The notes under the pieces are model-generated. The model was not told the origin of the DNA and ran no database searches. It saw only the letters and a program-made list of their open reading frames with translations. DNA of 63,247 bases, the filler included, from Intoshia linei (lineage: Eukaryota; Animalia; Orthonectida): NCBI GenBank assembly GCA_001642005.1. It is 8 parts of 8 records of this genome, joined end to end, with 100 filler letters (N's around TTAATTAATTAA, not from the genome) between each part and the next. Parts side by side here need not be neighbours in the genome. Positions count along the whole stretch, not along the records: positions 1 to 16,544 come from LWCA01000854.1; positions 16,645 to 38,429 come from LWCA01000627.1; 6 more parts are not named here. One strand, 5' to 3'. The translations under genes and the position numbers were made by a program. This document shows, in pieces, positions 12,330 to 26,226 of this stretch. The number at the start of each line of letters is the position of its first letter. Positions within the stretch are counted from its first letter, which is position 1.

Positions 12330-15300
12330 AATTTAGACAATCTGGAGCGCATAGTTTAAAGTAATTTCTGAACCATAATTTTCCAATAAAGTTTACTGAA
12401 AGCGATGGTAGATTAAGTTTATCGTGTCAATTAAGGAATACTTGTCACTATATTCTGCAAACAAACTACTGTGATGTATATTCTGATATTTGATCGAAAC
12501 GAAAAAATAGATCAATATATAACTAACCTGCTTAAAATCAATATAAATAAAACTTTAATTTAACTAAAATTTACGTTACATATTGATTACTTCTCATTTT
12601 AACGTTACATCATATATGTGCGACCATGAAAAATTTAGAAAATCTTACGAATATGTCATGATTGGAACTGGTAATTTATCCTACGAAACGTCATTTATAT
12701 AATATTGTTATACATACTGTATTGTCTTGTACATATTTTTTTTAAATATTTCTTTGTGACCACGAAACATGTTGACCATGAGTCGGATATACTTATGATT
12801 ATATCAACATATATATTTGTATTGAAATGAGTAATGATTAGTTTTTCATTCCATACTAGATATAAAGGTCATTACTTCTTGTATATTTGATAAAACACTT
12901 CTTGGATCCGATTAAATTCACATATATTTTTTTATTACCAATATCTAATGTAAATTTTATAGGATTACCAGAATGCATATTATTTGGATCAATTTGCAGG
13001 AATATAAAAAAATGTTTGGCTCTTGATGGGTTTTATTAATCATTTTATATTTAATTCTGGTGGTTATATATCGGAATGGGGTATTTTTGAATTCATATAA
13101 AATTGGAATGTATACTTGTAAAATTAAGAAATTTGAAACCATAATATTAAAAGTGTAAACATCATTTTAGGAACTCTTTCTATGGATCATCTGGCGCATC
13201 ATTTACTTTTAATCAACTCAAATCTCTGTTGACTAAATATACTCTAAATTATGATTCTAAAAAACCTCTTATTAACATTCAAGATGTCATCATTCAGTAA
13301 TTTAGTTTTTGTTTAATTTTGAAATTTGATTTAGTGAAAATGAACAACATAGTCAAGAACTGATTAAAAATGATAAAAAATTTAATATTGATTTACTACC
13401 CAATGTAATTTCATTCTTTTATTATACCATCCTACATGTACTTTTTAGGTTATTTATTATAATGGCAAATATATATCCAAAATATGTGAAGCTAAAATAA
13501 GTGATTATTCCACCTTTCGACTATATAGTAGAATTTTTATTTACATGAACGATGAAATACGTTTGGTAAATTTAATTATATCCTTATCTTTGATCATTTA
13601 CTTTATATAAAATTGAATGTGTCTGTCTAATAAAATATGAATTGTTCAATGTGACCCACAAAAATACTTAATTTTAAATTTCACATTATTTTTTAACGTG
13701 TCACGTATGAGTTTATTTACACGTCAATGCCTCAAAGGATAATAAACATGTGTAAAAAATTTATTTAGATTCCTTGCACCCGACAATTAATTTTTACAAG
13801 TACCAAATTAACACTAATCGAAAAACGTTCCGTGTCTCATTTTTTTATAAAATTGCGTCAATTGAAAGATTTGAGTGACACAGAATTAATAGGTAATATT
13901 TTACAGATTTGTTAAAATTTTATATACATTATTAATATTTACATTCATAGAATCCACCCAAAATTTGAAATATATACAATTCATTACCAATTTTGGCTTG
14001 AACACTGATTTGGCAATGTATATTATCGCATTTTCATATATATCTGATGAAAATATTGATGCACTTAATGTAATTATTAAATTGTACAAGTAAAATAATG
14101 ATATAACATAGTTGTTATTTTTTGAGCCAAAATTAGCAAAAATATGATTTAATTATAAATTTTTCAGTGGTGTAATTTTTTTAACAAAATTTCTAAAAAA
14201 TCATCTAGTCCAAGATTTTATGCCAAGGGACATTTCTTTATTTACATTATATATGAATTAAATATATAATGTAATTTTATATTTTAGGGTTTAAAACAAT
14301 CATTTCGGGTAATTGATTCAATGTTGTATCAATCGCCGTTCATGTTATGTGATTATGGATTTGGGGATATTTGTGAACATTTTCTTAGGTTTTTATTTAT
14401 ATGAACAATGCTCATTGAAAACAATACAAATTTTATTTTTTAAAAATATTAATGAAACTGATATTAAATGATTATAATTATAATTTTTTTTTTTATGAGC
14501 ACAATGTACTCAGTACACGCTTTTTAATTTTTTCAAAAAGTTGCGTAATGTCTATTCTTAGATACGCAGCCTTGTATTTAGGTGAAAGTGCATGCAGTTT
14601 CGAAATTAAAGACATCATGATTGAAGAAGACAGGTTATTTATTTATTATTATGCTAATAATACGTAAATAATATATTTGCGGTTCAACGGCGCTCTCAAA
14701 AGTAACCACATGAAACGATCATTAATAGAAATTATCTACATTATTCAGTTTTTTGTTTGTGTTTCAACCCTTTTGTTGCCTAGTGCAGGGTTTATTAACC
14801 TTTTTTAAATTTAGCACCCCTGTAAAAAAATAAAACTTTAAAAGACAACAAAATCATATTTTATTGATATTTTAATTTACTTAATCCTTTATTTAGAATA
14901 ACTCATGTTATATTATCCTGCGGTTGTATAATAGAAATACAGTATATTATTTTTGGTTGGTAATTCATTTATCTAGAAATAATCTCATTATAAACACTGA
15001 AACTCTACTACAAATTTCGAAAAATGTTCCTCAATTAAACTCTTATGTCGAGAAGTATGTTTTTATAACTTAATATTGATTTCATGATAATTAGGTAAAG
15101 CCGAATTTACCGTAATCGTAATTTTGTATAATTCAAATTATTTTTCCAATTTAGGATTTTCAAAAAAATAAAATATTTTTCAATGTCATAACGATGACAA
15201 GTTTTTACCGGTTTGAATCCAATTTATAATATAAAATGTGTTTTATTTTCTCCATGGTATTTCATTTTTACTACGAAAATCATCTTTATTAGCAAAATGT

Positions 15301-18300
15301 AAATAAATTAAGGTTTTATTTTTGATAATGAACTTCAATTACATCTATTATTCTTGTGACTACTTCCAAACGGAGTTGCCAGATGATACGATATTGTCTG
15401 AAATCTTAGACGATCGATATATTTATCTGAAAACAATCGCACGATTAATAAAATTTAATAAAAAATACCATTTCAAACTTTAAAATTCAGTCTTATAGAA
15501 AAATGTATTTTTTTTTGAAATAATCCAATTTTATATTATTTTAACCTATTAACTGCCATAACCAAATAAAATATGATAAATAAAAAATAATATAAATATA
15601 TTATTTAATATTGCCTTAATAAAATATAAACTGATAAAACATAAAAAAAACACGAAGGAAATATAAATATGTTTGTAAAAAGGAACATTGGCCTATCAAC
15701 TAAAAAATTATACAGTATTGGCCATATAATTATAATAATTCATAAAAAATTGTAAATATGGTTATATCTTTTGTTATTTTAACATTAGATTATAATTTAG
15801 AGCAAATGTAGAAAGCTGAATTTTCATTTATTTAGAAAATGCATTGTTAAGCATTTAAACATTAATCCAACAAAAAATTAATTATAATTCAAATGCGCAT
15901 CTAAAATATTGCGTATTTAGATTAGACAGCCAATTTATTAGCCATCAAATAAAATGCGTTAACATCAAATTGTAAATTCTATTATCAAATAAATACAATA
16001 GAAGTCAATAGAAAATAATTAGACAATACTTTTATTTAATTTGAAGTCAATTAATTACGTCTAGCAACAATATATATATTTGTGCTCAAATTAAATGTTA
16101 TAAAATCAGTTAAGTTAATTTATCAAATAATAACATTTAAAGTCAATATAATTTCAAGTATTGAAAAAATCAAGTATGGAATGGGCAAAGTTACATTAAA
16201 ATTGAAAAGAGAACGATTGGAGTAAGGTTAATGCTTTCAATATTAACGAAAATATAATTATATTTAAATTAATGAATTAATATTTTGGAGGAAATATATT
16301 ATTTTTTAGGTTATATTTTTGGATGAATGAATGATAATGGTCATGTGTGATCGATCAACTCGAGTAAGGAGAAAATCCAGTGAATCCTCAAGATCAGATT
16401 GTGTAAGACAAACTGTAAAATTTTCAGCGAAAGTGATGGTCTGGGGTGCTATATCTGTAAAAGGTATCAGCAAATTGTAGATAATTGAATGAACAATGGA
16501 CCAAAAAGTGTACAAGAATGTGATGGAATTATTCCTAAATGAAANNNNNNNNNNNNNNNNNNNNNNNNNNNNNNNNNNNNNNNNNNNNTTAATTAATTAA
16601 NNNNNNNNNNNNNNNNNNNNNNNNNNNNNNNNNNNNNNNNNNNNGCTGATAAACCTATTGAATTTTTTGAAAGAAAATTAGAATCATTTGAAAAGCAAAA
16701 ATCGTCGTTTGAAATACAGGTGTACCAACAAGAAAAATTTTTATTAACATCTTATTATATTGCCAAAACGAGTAAGTTATTTACTATCGGTGAAGAATGT
16801 GCTTTACCATTAGCGATTAGAATAAATGAAATTATTTTCGTCCAAAGTTACGCTAACGAATTAAAAAAAATTCCACTTTTAAATGACACTGTTAAAAGAA
16901 GGATTGCACATATCAGCAAAAATCAGTTGATCAACTCATTGAGAGGGTTCAAAATTCGAAATTTGCAATTTAGTTGGACGAATGAATGGATATTAAAAAT
17001 ATGGCACAACTTTTAGTGTACGTAAGATATTCTTATAATAACAGCTTCCATGAAGATTTATTATTCTGCAGATCGTTAAATGATTACACGACGGAAGAAG
17101 CAATTTTTCTAAAAGTTGATGAATTTTTCAATGAGTTCGGTCTTAAATGGAATAATTGCATCGGTATTTGTACTGATGGTGCAGCTGCAATAACTGGTAG
17201 ACTGAATGGATTTTATTCTAAAGTTAGATCAACGTGTATTAATCATATTAATTTTACTCATTGCATGATTCACCGAGAAGCGCTCGTCTCTAAGAAAATT
17301 TTAGAGGATTTGAATTCTGTTTTACTTGACTCCACTAAAATCATTAATTTTATAAAATTTTGCGCGCTTAATACGCGACTTTTTGCAAATTTATGTGATT
17401 CTATGAACTCTAACTTCAACTCATTATTAAATTTTACTGCTATACAATGGCTGTCAAAAGGAAGAGCTTTGAAACGTCTATTAATATTAAAAAGTTAAGT
17501 TATTATATTTTTGTCGGAAAATAACATAAACTTAGGAAAATTTTTTCAAAACACAAATTGGATGTGCAAATTATATTATTTGTCGGATTGATTTGAAAAA
17601 TTAAATTAATTGAATATTTCACTTCAAGGAGAGCATACTAATATTTTTAAATTAAAATTTAAAATTCAGGGCTTTATGAACAAATTAATATTATGGAAAA
17701 ATAAAATTGAAAAAAATTGATATGAAATGTATTTTGATACAGAAAATTATATTGCTGATAATGCATTGAATATGGATTCTATTCTAAGGTTGTAATTATT
17801 GAACACTTACAGAACTTACAAACCAACTTCACAAAATATTTTTTACCGAAATGAAACAATAATAAATTTGATTGGATACAAAGTTCATTTTTCGATGAAA
17901 TCAGTAACGTTGATCACTTAGAATTAGAGGTACAAGAAGAATTTGCAGTTCTTTCAGCTGATTCTAGTATTAAAATTCTATTTAAACAGAAATCATATAC
18001 TTTTTGGCTTTTAATGGAGAAAGAATTTCCATCTATATCAAAAATAGCTATAACGATTCTTCTTCCGTTTTCTACCACTTATCTGTGTGAATCAGCCTTT
18101 TCAAAGATGACCGCAATAAAGACAAAATATCGTTCTAGTCTTAAGGATATAGAAATGGTTCTAAGACCAACAATCACAAACATTAAACCTTAATTTAATT
18201 TATTATATAAAAAGCAATAATTACGTACATATCATTAAAATGTATATAATTATTTTTATTTTATTGATAAGCGTTATTTTCATGTCTTCATTTTTAATCA

Positions 18301-19130
18301 TTGTGTGTACATTTTGAGGCTACCAACTTAGTAATTTTTTTAATAACATGTATATTATTTTGATGAACAGGGGTCGTGAGTTAAAAAGTGTGAGAAGCCC
18401 TGGTTTAATGTATTAACATTTTGATTATGCACTAAAGTTTAGTGACTAAACTAATGTTTGAGTCAGCTATATTATCTCAAAAACTATTCTTATAGACAGA
18501 GTTTACTGTAGGTGTACAAAATTTTGTTATGAAAATAAACCTATACAGCTTTTTTCAATAAACAAAAATAATTTTAAACTCAGAAATTTATACTTTCATG
18601 ATCAAAAAAATATTTTACTAGCCAATATTAATAATGCTGTGGTCATTTCAAAATAAAATTTTATATAAATCGAAGCAATTTTTTTGCATCGCTACATTTA
18701 TTAACATATGTAATTAGAATAAACACCTTGCAACCTAAAATAGCTTTAAAAACTTACATTTTTCAAAATGTAGTATAGGTTAATGTCAATGGTTATATAT
18801 GTGGTAATCATGGTTGCCCAATTAAAAAAACCTTGACCCTTGTTGATGTATAATATTGATTTATTGTTCCGTAGTAAATTCTAAACATTTATTCTTTTCT
18901 ACCTCGTACCTCAATGAATTACGTGTTATAATAATGTTTATGAATAAGTTACGGATTAACGATTAAATACATTTGATATATCATTTTAGGGATTTCAAAA
19001 CATTCATTTTCTCATCCAAATTCTGTAATTTTTTTAAACTACAACTATATTATAGTGATGAACCATCACTGATGACTAAATTGTCTTCTGATAATAAAAA
19101 AATATAATTTTGTTTACAATTTAAGAGCAA
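12330..19130 (+). CDS. Possible uncharacterised multi-exon gene or pseudogene interrupted by transposons and a gap
   Basis: Several AG/GT-bounded open segments: about 13170-13296 (NSFYGSSGASFTFNQLKSLL), 13334-13404, 13449-13565, 14289-14388 (YQSPFMLCDYGFGDICEHFL), 18779-18847 (VNVNGYICGNHGCPIKKTL) and 18990-19024. No family was recognised, and some upstream segments contain stops. Confidence 0.3.
16310..16544 (+). pseudogene. Tc1-family (DDE_3) transposase fragment
   Basis: The plus-strand translation is VIFLDE*...RVRRK...DCVRQTVKFSAKVMVWGAISVKG...TMDQKVYKNVM, with in-frame stops. It is cut by a gap. Confidence 0.85.
16545..16644. other. Assembly gap spacer N44-TTAATTAATTAA-N44 (also 38430-38529, 54393-54492, 56157-56256, 57418-57517, 60945-61044, 62136-62235)
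   Basis: An identical 100-nt construct occurs seven times, and the 12-mer gives stop codons in all six frames. Confidence 0.97.
16645..18402 (+). mobile_element. Degenerate Buster-family hAT transposon (ZBED5/SCAND3-like), 5' end in the gap
   Basis: Motifs include IPLLNDTVKRRI, CIGICTDGAAA, HCMIHREAL, WLSKG and the C-terminal LLPFSTTYLCESAFS, with stops and frameshifts. The 3' TIR TGAGAAGCCCTG is followed by an nnnTAnnn site (GTTTAATG). Confidence 0.9.
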
Positions 19131-20105
19131 AATTAGATTAATTTATATAATTTTATAGAGTTAACTGCAATTTGTGTGTGATTTATTTTTCTATCGATTT
19201 TCACATACTTTTATATTGAAACTTAATTAGAATGAGATTTTAAAAAAATTATATTTTTGAATATAACTATTTTGTGTATCAAATTATTAAGGCAATTCCA
19301 GACCCGTGGAGAGGTGGCTCTTGTTGTTAATTGATATGCGGGGTAGAGTATGGTAGTTTCGGCTTTGCACACTATTATCCATTATTTAATTGTAATGTGA
19401 ATTTACTGTGTTCTAACTGTTTATCTCTGAAATTTACATTATTTGACCAAAAACATTTTATATCCAATATTTTGAAATTTTATTAAAAATTAAATAAAGA
19501 CTTGAAATTATATTTGTTTATTTCACCATTTACAACATTTTATTTAGTTAATGATTCACTGATATTAATAAATAACTCTTTAATTCACTGGACAAAATTA
19601 CGTATAATGAGTATTGGTCGATATTATAACTAACGGGTTTAGTTAAATAAGTTACATAAAAATTTTTAGGATTATGAATCGTTTCCATTTAATATTTTAA
19701 TGACTTATCGACTATATTAAATATAAATATAATAACAATACGATGGCTATCGTATTACGAAGTTCATGTTTTAACTCACAAAATGTAGTAAGATGTGTCT
19801 TCCCTTGTACATCGAGCCGAACATCCTAACTCGAGGCCGCCCTAAAATAATTTCCAAAAAAGATGCGTTTTTTCTAGCCCTAGCCATTTTCTAAGGCTTT
19901 TCACTTGATATTTTAAATTTATTTAAAATAGTTATAATATTCAAGAATATAATATTTGTAATGCTCAGCTTTGAAAAATGAGGCCCATATTTTACAAAAT
20001 GCCTATGGCCTTGGTGTGATAGGTTTGGCATACTTGTATAAATTTTTCTAACTTTTTTCATGTTATTAAATTTTATTAATGTTCGTTAATATTTTATGTA
20101 TTTAG

Positions 20106-23100
20106 CAAGTAAACAAATTATGCTTTACGCCTGATACTAACTTTTTAGCTGCAGCCGGTATTCATTACTTTTAATTTTATAAATAATGTATATATGTGAT
20201 GACAACTAAATCAAATGTGGGGTGTTAATTTTGTAATTATATTCGAAAATTATTTTATGGTGTTTTTGTTTTAATAAAAAAATTTTTTAAAAAAACATTT
20301 TTGATAAATCATGAAATTCCATTCATAGATGGTGCAAAACACCCCATAACTAGAAACTATCCTACTCCAAAACATATTCAACCTGCTGAACACGCTTTAA
20401 TTTATAAAATGCTCGCTGCAAAACAAATCGAGCCATCAAAAAGCACTTGTCGAATTCCACATTTTCTAATGAAAAAAAAAGATGGTTCTTATCGATTTTT
20501 GGGTGATTTTCGAGAAATTAACAAAATTACTTATAGTGATAGCTATCCTCATGCTATTGTAGAAAATATTTTGAATTCTCTGAGTCAACAAACAGTATTC
20601 ACCATTTTAGATCTAGAATCGGGGTACTGGCAAATTCCACTGAATATAAACGATAGATACAAAACTGCATTAACGACAGAGTACGGGTCAAAACTGTATC
20701 AATACAGAGTAATGCCACAAGGTTTGAAAAATGCACCGTCAACGTGCCAACGATTGATGGATGAGGTCTTATTAAACATATCAAATTCACACGTTTATTT
20801 AGATGATGTAATAATAGCTACACAAGAAAATAACCATGCATCAATATTAAAACCAACTTTAGAAGCTATTTCGAAAGCTGGTTTAAAACTAAACCCTCAA
20901 AAATCTATAATCGGTGCAAAAACAATGAAATTTTTAAGACACATAATCAGTAAAAATGGGATTGAAGCTGACCCTGAAAAGACATCATCCATTCGGAATA
21001 TACTCTCGCCAACAACAGTTAAACAGTTACGTCGAATTTTAGGAATGTTCGCTTATTTGCAAAAATTTATACCAAACTACAATTCAATAGCAAGCATACT
21101 ATATAATCAAATAAAAAATAAAAATCTAAAATGGAACGAAGAATGTGAGTATGTATGGAATGAATTAAAATCCATCATCTGTAATCCACCTGTATTAGCA
21201 ACTCCTGATTTCACACAAGAGTTTTATATAGAAACGGATGCGTCACAACAAGGTTTAGATGCAGTACTTTTTCAAAATGGGAAACCCATAGCTTATATAT
21301 CAAAAAAATTGAATGATACGCAAGCAAAATATGCCGCATTGGATTTAGAATTAATGGCCATCTGGTGGGCTTTGAAAAAATTTCGATTTTATTTATTGGG
21401 AAAAAAAATATAAAATATACACTGATCATAACCCTCTCACAAGTTTAATGAATAAATCAAACATCAATAATCGTCAATTCAGATGGATTCGAGATATCCA
21501 AGAATTCACATTTGATATTCTGTATAAACCTGGTTGTTTTAATCAAATAGCAGATATACTATCAAGAGATGCAACTTTACCAAATAAAAAAGTTAATCTA
21601 GCAAAATTGTACAATAACGATTATTTAAAAATAAAATTTGCTCATAAGAATAATTCCGAAATAATGGAAATTTTCAACAAACTAAAAGATCCAAATACAA
21701 AAATTTCCACAAATAATAGATATCATTATTTTCTAAAAAATGCTACAATTGAAAACAACACTTTAATACATACCAACAACCTTAATGATAAGAGAATAAT
21801 CGTACCTCAAAATAAAATTTTGGATATTATAAATATTTTTCATCAATCAGTCACAGCTTCACATCCCGGCATAAATAATAAGATAAAAAATATAAAACGT
21901 CACTATGTCTGGCCAAATATGTACCAAAATATAAAAAAGAAAATATTAGAATGTAATGATTGCAATCAAGGAAAATCTGGAAAACGATTAAGAAATAAGC
22001 CCCTTCAACAATCCAATACTGAAAAGTTTAATGAAAGTTGGGAATTAGATTTTTTAGGACCATTTCCAACCACAGATTCAGGTAACCGATACATTCTAAC
22101 TATGATTGATTCTCATACAAATTGGCCCGAGGCTATACCTTTAGCAGATACTACAGCGAAGTCTACCGCTCAAAAGATCATAGAACATATTATCACTCGA
22201 TATGGAATACCAAAATTCATTCACACAGACTGCGGCAAGCAATTTGAATCGAATTTAGTGAAATAACTCTGTAAACAGTGCGAAATTACTCAACAGTTTG
22301 GTGAACTGTATCGACACACATGTACGGGTTTAGTAGAACGACTAAATCGAACAATTCGTGACCGTCTTCGTACAATAAAACCTACAAGTAATAATTGGGA
22401 TGTGAGTATTTGGTATATTTTAATGAATTTAAGAAACACTCCATCTAGCAAAAACAATATATCTCCAGCAGAAATGATATATGGACATACTTTAACAATG
22501 CCAATGAAAAAATTAAATGAACTTAGTCGTGAATCGATAAAAAAATTAACAGAGAAAAACAGTATTAAACATGAAAAACAACAAAAGAAATGTTATGATA
22601 AAAAAATTCTTAAGAATCAAAGTGATCATTATAAAAAAAACCTCCCTATGAAAACAAAACAACAATTACCTTTCATACCTCGAAATTTGAAAGAAAAACA
22701 ATCAAATATACAAACAATTCCAATTCCACAAATTCCATCTAAATCTAAACGTCACCGCAAACTACCTGCAAAATTTAATGACACTGTCACACATTTTTTT
22801 GAGGGGGAGGAGTAACGTGTAAACACGTAACATACTTAACAATAACAATATAAACTTTAGTGATAAATCTGGCAACAGTTCGACGAATACATTCTAAACA
22901 CAAGTTTAAAATATCTTGTTTAATAAAAATATTATATCAATTGTTGTTTACATTGAGACTTTATTTAACAGTCCGAAAATTAAAAAAAAAGGTTATTCTG
23001 ATAGAGCTTATTCCAGTTGATATAAATACAAAAGTTCAACCCAATAAATCTTCGCATTCCCGATGAAAAATAATTTTTAATATATTATCAACCAATACTT

Positions 23101-25865
23101 TTCAAATATTTCGATTAAAATAAAAATTGAAAATGTAAATATTGATTTTACAATTTCAAAAAAAATGTGCATTGAACGTCTACACATTTCCATAAAGAAA
23201 TATGGGTGAAAATCTATATAATTCATTCCTTCGGAATTTTTTTCATTGTTACGCAATTTTTAATTTTCATTTTCAAAACATTTTGAATAAAATTTAAATT
23301 AAAACCACAACAACGAAACTAAAAGTCATAAAACTTTGTTATTATCATTTTTATATTTAGTACAATTTTTTGCAATATTGGTAAAATTCGCCTGATATGT
23401 GTTTATAAAGTGAAGATTCGGTTAATTATTAATACATAATTTGTATTTTTTAAGTATTTATTAAATTGGTACTGAATCATATATCATCACATTGAAAATG
23501 ATAAAATTGGTTTTTATAATTTGATTTTTATTAGAATTTAGCTATTTATGACAATTTTTAGGATTGGACTGTTTTTACTTTATTTTTAATATTATACACA
23601 CATTTTGTCTAATAAAATTGGACTGTTTTTACTTTATTTTTAATATTATACACACATTCTGTCTAATAAAATTAAAAAGATGTAATAAAAATTGTTTTTA
23701 AAATTCTTTACGCAAATGTTAAAAAAAAATTAAGATGGAATAATTCACTTTAAAGTAAATAATAATGTGATATAATGGTTCCATTTGAAACAAGTTTGGG
23801 AAAAACTCCTTTAAAGGATAGATAATAGTGAATAATAGGATTTTTAAGTTAGATTTTCAACGTGAATTTATTTTTTTGATATAATAAAAATTGCCTCGCA
23901 GATCTAGGTGCTGTTTGTACGTAATACATAACAGCCAACCTAGTATTAATATAATATCCTTTCAAATATTTAAATTATCGAAAAAGGTAAGTTTATAATA
24001 TAAAATATAATTATAACTTTTATAATTAACAATTTAAATTAATTTAATTTAATTAGTAAGTTAAAGATTCTAAGTAAGTTTTTAAATAGGTTTCAAACAT
24101 GTTAAACTGTATGACTTAAACTCAGTTTCCAAAAATCCTGTCATTTCATACAATTGTTCACATCGAAATGTTGTATCTGTCAATTTTCATCCTAAACTAC
24201 AATACATGTTTACAGCGGGAGAAGAAGGGCATATTAAGATTTGGGATACGAGGTAATTTTATTCTCATTAATAAATGATTTATAAAAGTATACTTTTTGA
24301 TGTTAATAGAAGAAATTATTTATCCATTTCATTCATGATATGTAAAAATTATATGTAAAAAGATTTTTTTAATTGTCGGATGCGATACTTTTTGCGGATT
24401 ATTTTTTATTTAAACTTGGAATATCCAATAATTATAATTTGGTTAATACTTTAAAATTTAATGATTAAATTAATTTAGAACAAATTATGAAGTTATAAAA
24501 ACAGTATTTGATGTAAATACTCAAATAAACGATGCAGTTCAACATAACAATCAAGTATATTTATAATTTTACTCAGTTGTTTCTAGCTGCCCAAGCTTCG
24601 CAAATCGCAAACTTTTTTAAAACAAAATTTGAATGCTAATTTATAGGTTTATTTACTATTTTTTAGATTGTGATTTATGCTGTTGATGTGAATGGAATTC
24701 TAAATGTCTCGGACATGTTAACTAGAAAAACCTTTCATTGTGTAAAATTGATAATTATAATTACTTATAATTAGGGCGATTATTTTTTAACTAGGGAAAA
24801 TTTTGATATGTTCATACGCATCAAATTACAATCACAATGATAATCATTTTACATGTATTAATTGGCTAATTAAAATTTGATTAAGTTAATAAAGTTAAAA
24901 TAATATTTTCAAAAGTTAAATTTTATTTTTAAAAGTTAAATTATATTTTCAAACATAGGTTAAAAAAAAATCGCCTTACTTATAATACATATTCAATTTT
25001 TTTAGGTACCTGACAACAGAAATAGATTTGAATCAATTGGAATATGCCATTTTTTGAATAGATTAGCTGTTGGGTCTACATCAGTAATTTCGTTTTTTGG
25101 ATTCATTTTGTAATCACAAATAGGGATTCGTCACAATTTATGATATAACCGATGCACTCCATCCTGGCGAAATAAAAAAATTTAAAGCTCACAATAACTA
25201 CATTATCAAATGTGAATATAGCCCAAACACGGAGTAATTTAGTAAAATTATTATACACATTTCTTATCAGAGCTGAATCTACCGCACTGATACTATATTC
25301 AGTGGACTCTACGAATTTGTTGTAAAAACGGTCATGTCATTTTTCCAAATTGAGGATTTAAAAGAAATTATATTTTTGAATATCATCTATTTTAGTTTAA
25401 ATTCTGACCTGTGAGGTGACTAGGGTTATATGCCATTATGCATCGTTTACAAAAAAATTTTGATTTTTGGTAAACTCGAGCATGGTAGATTCGACTGTTT
25501 CTTATCTCTCAATTTTAATGTCATTTTAGATTTTTGGCAACCGGATCAGCTGACGCCAGTACTGGTATCTGGTATACCAAAGACGATGATTACACTAATG
25601 TTTACATTTTAAAAAATTTATCAGATGGTTGGGTATGGGATCTCAAGTTTAGTATGGATTCAAGTTTCATTTTTTCAGGTTTTTTATTTACCTTTGTATA
25701 TAAATATTTGACGTGCTATCTATCATTCGGTTGTTTATTTGATATATTTTATTTTTAGCTTGCTCAGACAAGTTTATACGATTATGGAATTTAAACGATG
25801 GCTTAGAAACAAAAACTTATTGTGTTCATAAGCGTGGCATTTTGGCAATTGATTTATTGGACTAG
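20106..25865 (+). CDS. MLST8: TOR complex subunit LST8 (WD40); first WD repeat and start codon not located
   Basis: Exons 20106-20157, 24090-24252, 24479-24554, 24667-24741, 25006-25083, 25124-25233, 25530-25678 and 25759-25865 splice in frame. They give QVNKLCFTPDTNFLAAAGFKHVKLYDLNS..NPVISY, AHNNYIIKCEYSP, LATGSAD and GWVWDLKFSMDS, matching LST8. Confidence 0.85.
20301..22960 (+). mobile_element. 5'-truncated Ty3/Gypsy retrotransposon (RT, RNase H, integrase, PPT, 3' LTR) in an LST8 intron
   Basis: RT motifs LDLESGYWQI, MPQGLKNAP and YLDD; RNase H ETDAS; integrase HHCC, LDFLGP, HTDCGKQF and GLVERLNRTI. Pol is broken at about 21413 and 22266. The PPT GAGGGGGAGG is at 22801-22810. The LTR end is approximate. 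Confidence 0.93.
23160..23943 (+). mobile_element. Helitron-like element, copy B (longest), with an internal tandem duplication of about 55 bp
   Basis: The 3' hairpin GCTGTT-TGTA-cgtaa-TACA-T-AACAGC is followed by CAAC-CTAG|T. ATTGGACTGTTTTTACTT...GTCTAATAAA occurs twice at about 23563-23671. Confidence 0.65.
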
Positions 25866-26226
25866 AATCTATATTAATACATTTTATGTATTCATAATTT
25901 TTTCATTATTATTCATCCCCATATTTTAACTTTTTTTTGTAAACCTCTAAACAAAAATCATGTATTTAATTTTTTATGGCAAATATTGTAATATTTTAAT
26001 TTACAAACCTGACTATCTAATCGTATCTAAAATTAATTTTTGTGAAATTAACGTGTAAATTAATCATGTAGGGATGTAATAAGGATTAATGAATTGACAT
26101 GATCAAAATAAACGAAATATTTATTGAAAAAATAAAAGAAAAGCTAGAAATACATATTTATAATTATAGATACAATAATACATGAATATGAGAAATGTAA
26201 AATATTTTACAGAATTTGGCGAAAAT

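Noticed and set aside
20301-21413. Reverse transcriptase as part of a retron, DGR or other novel RT system
   Set aside because: The RT, RNase H, integrase order with a PPT is a standard Ty3/Gypsy pol.
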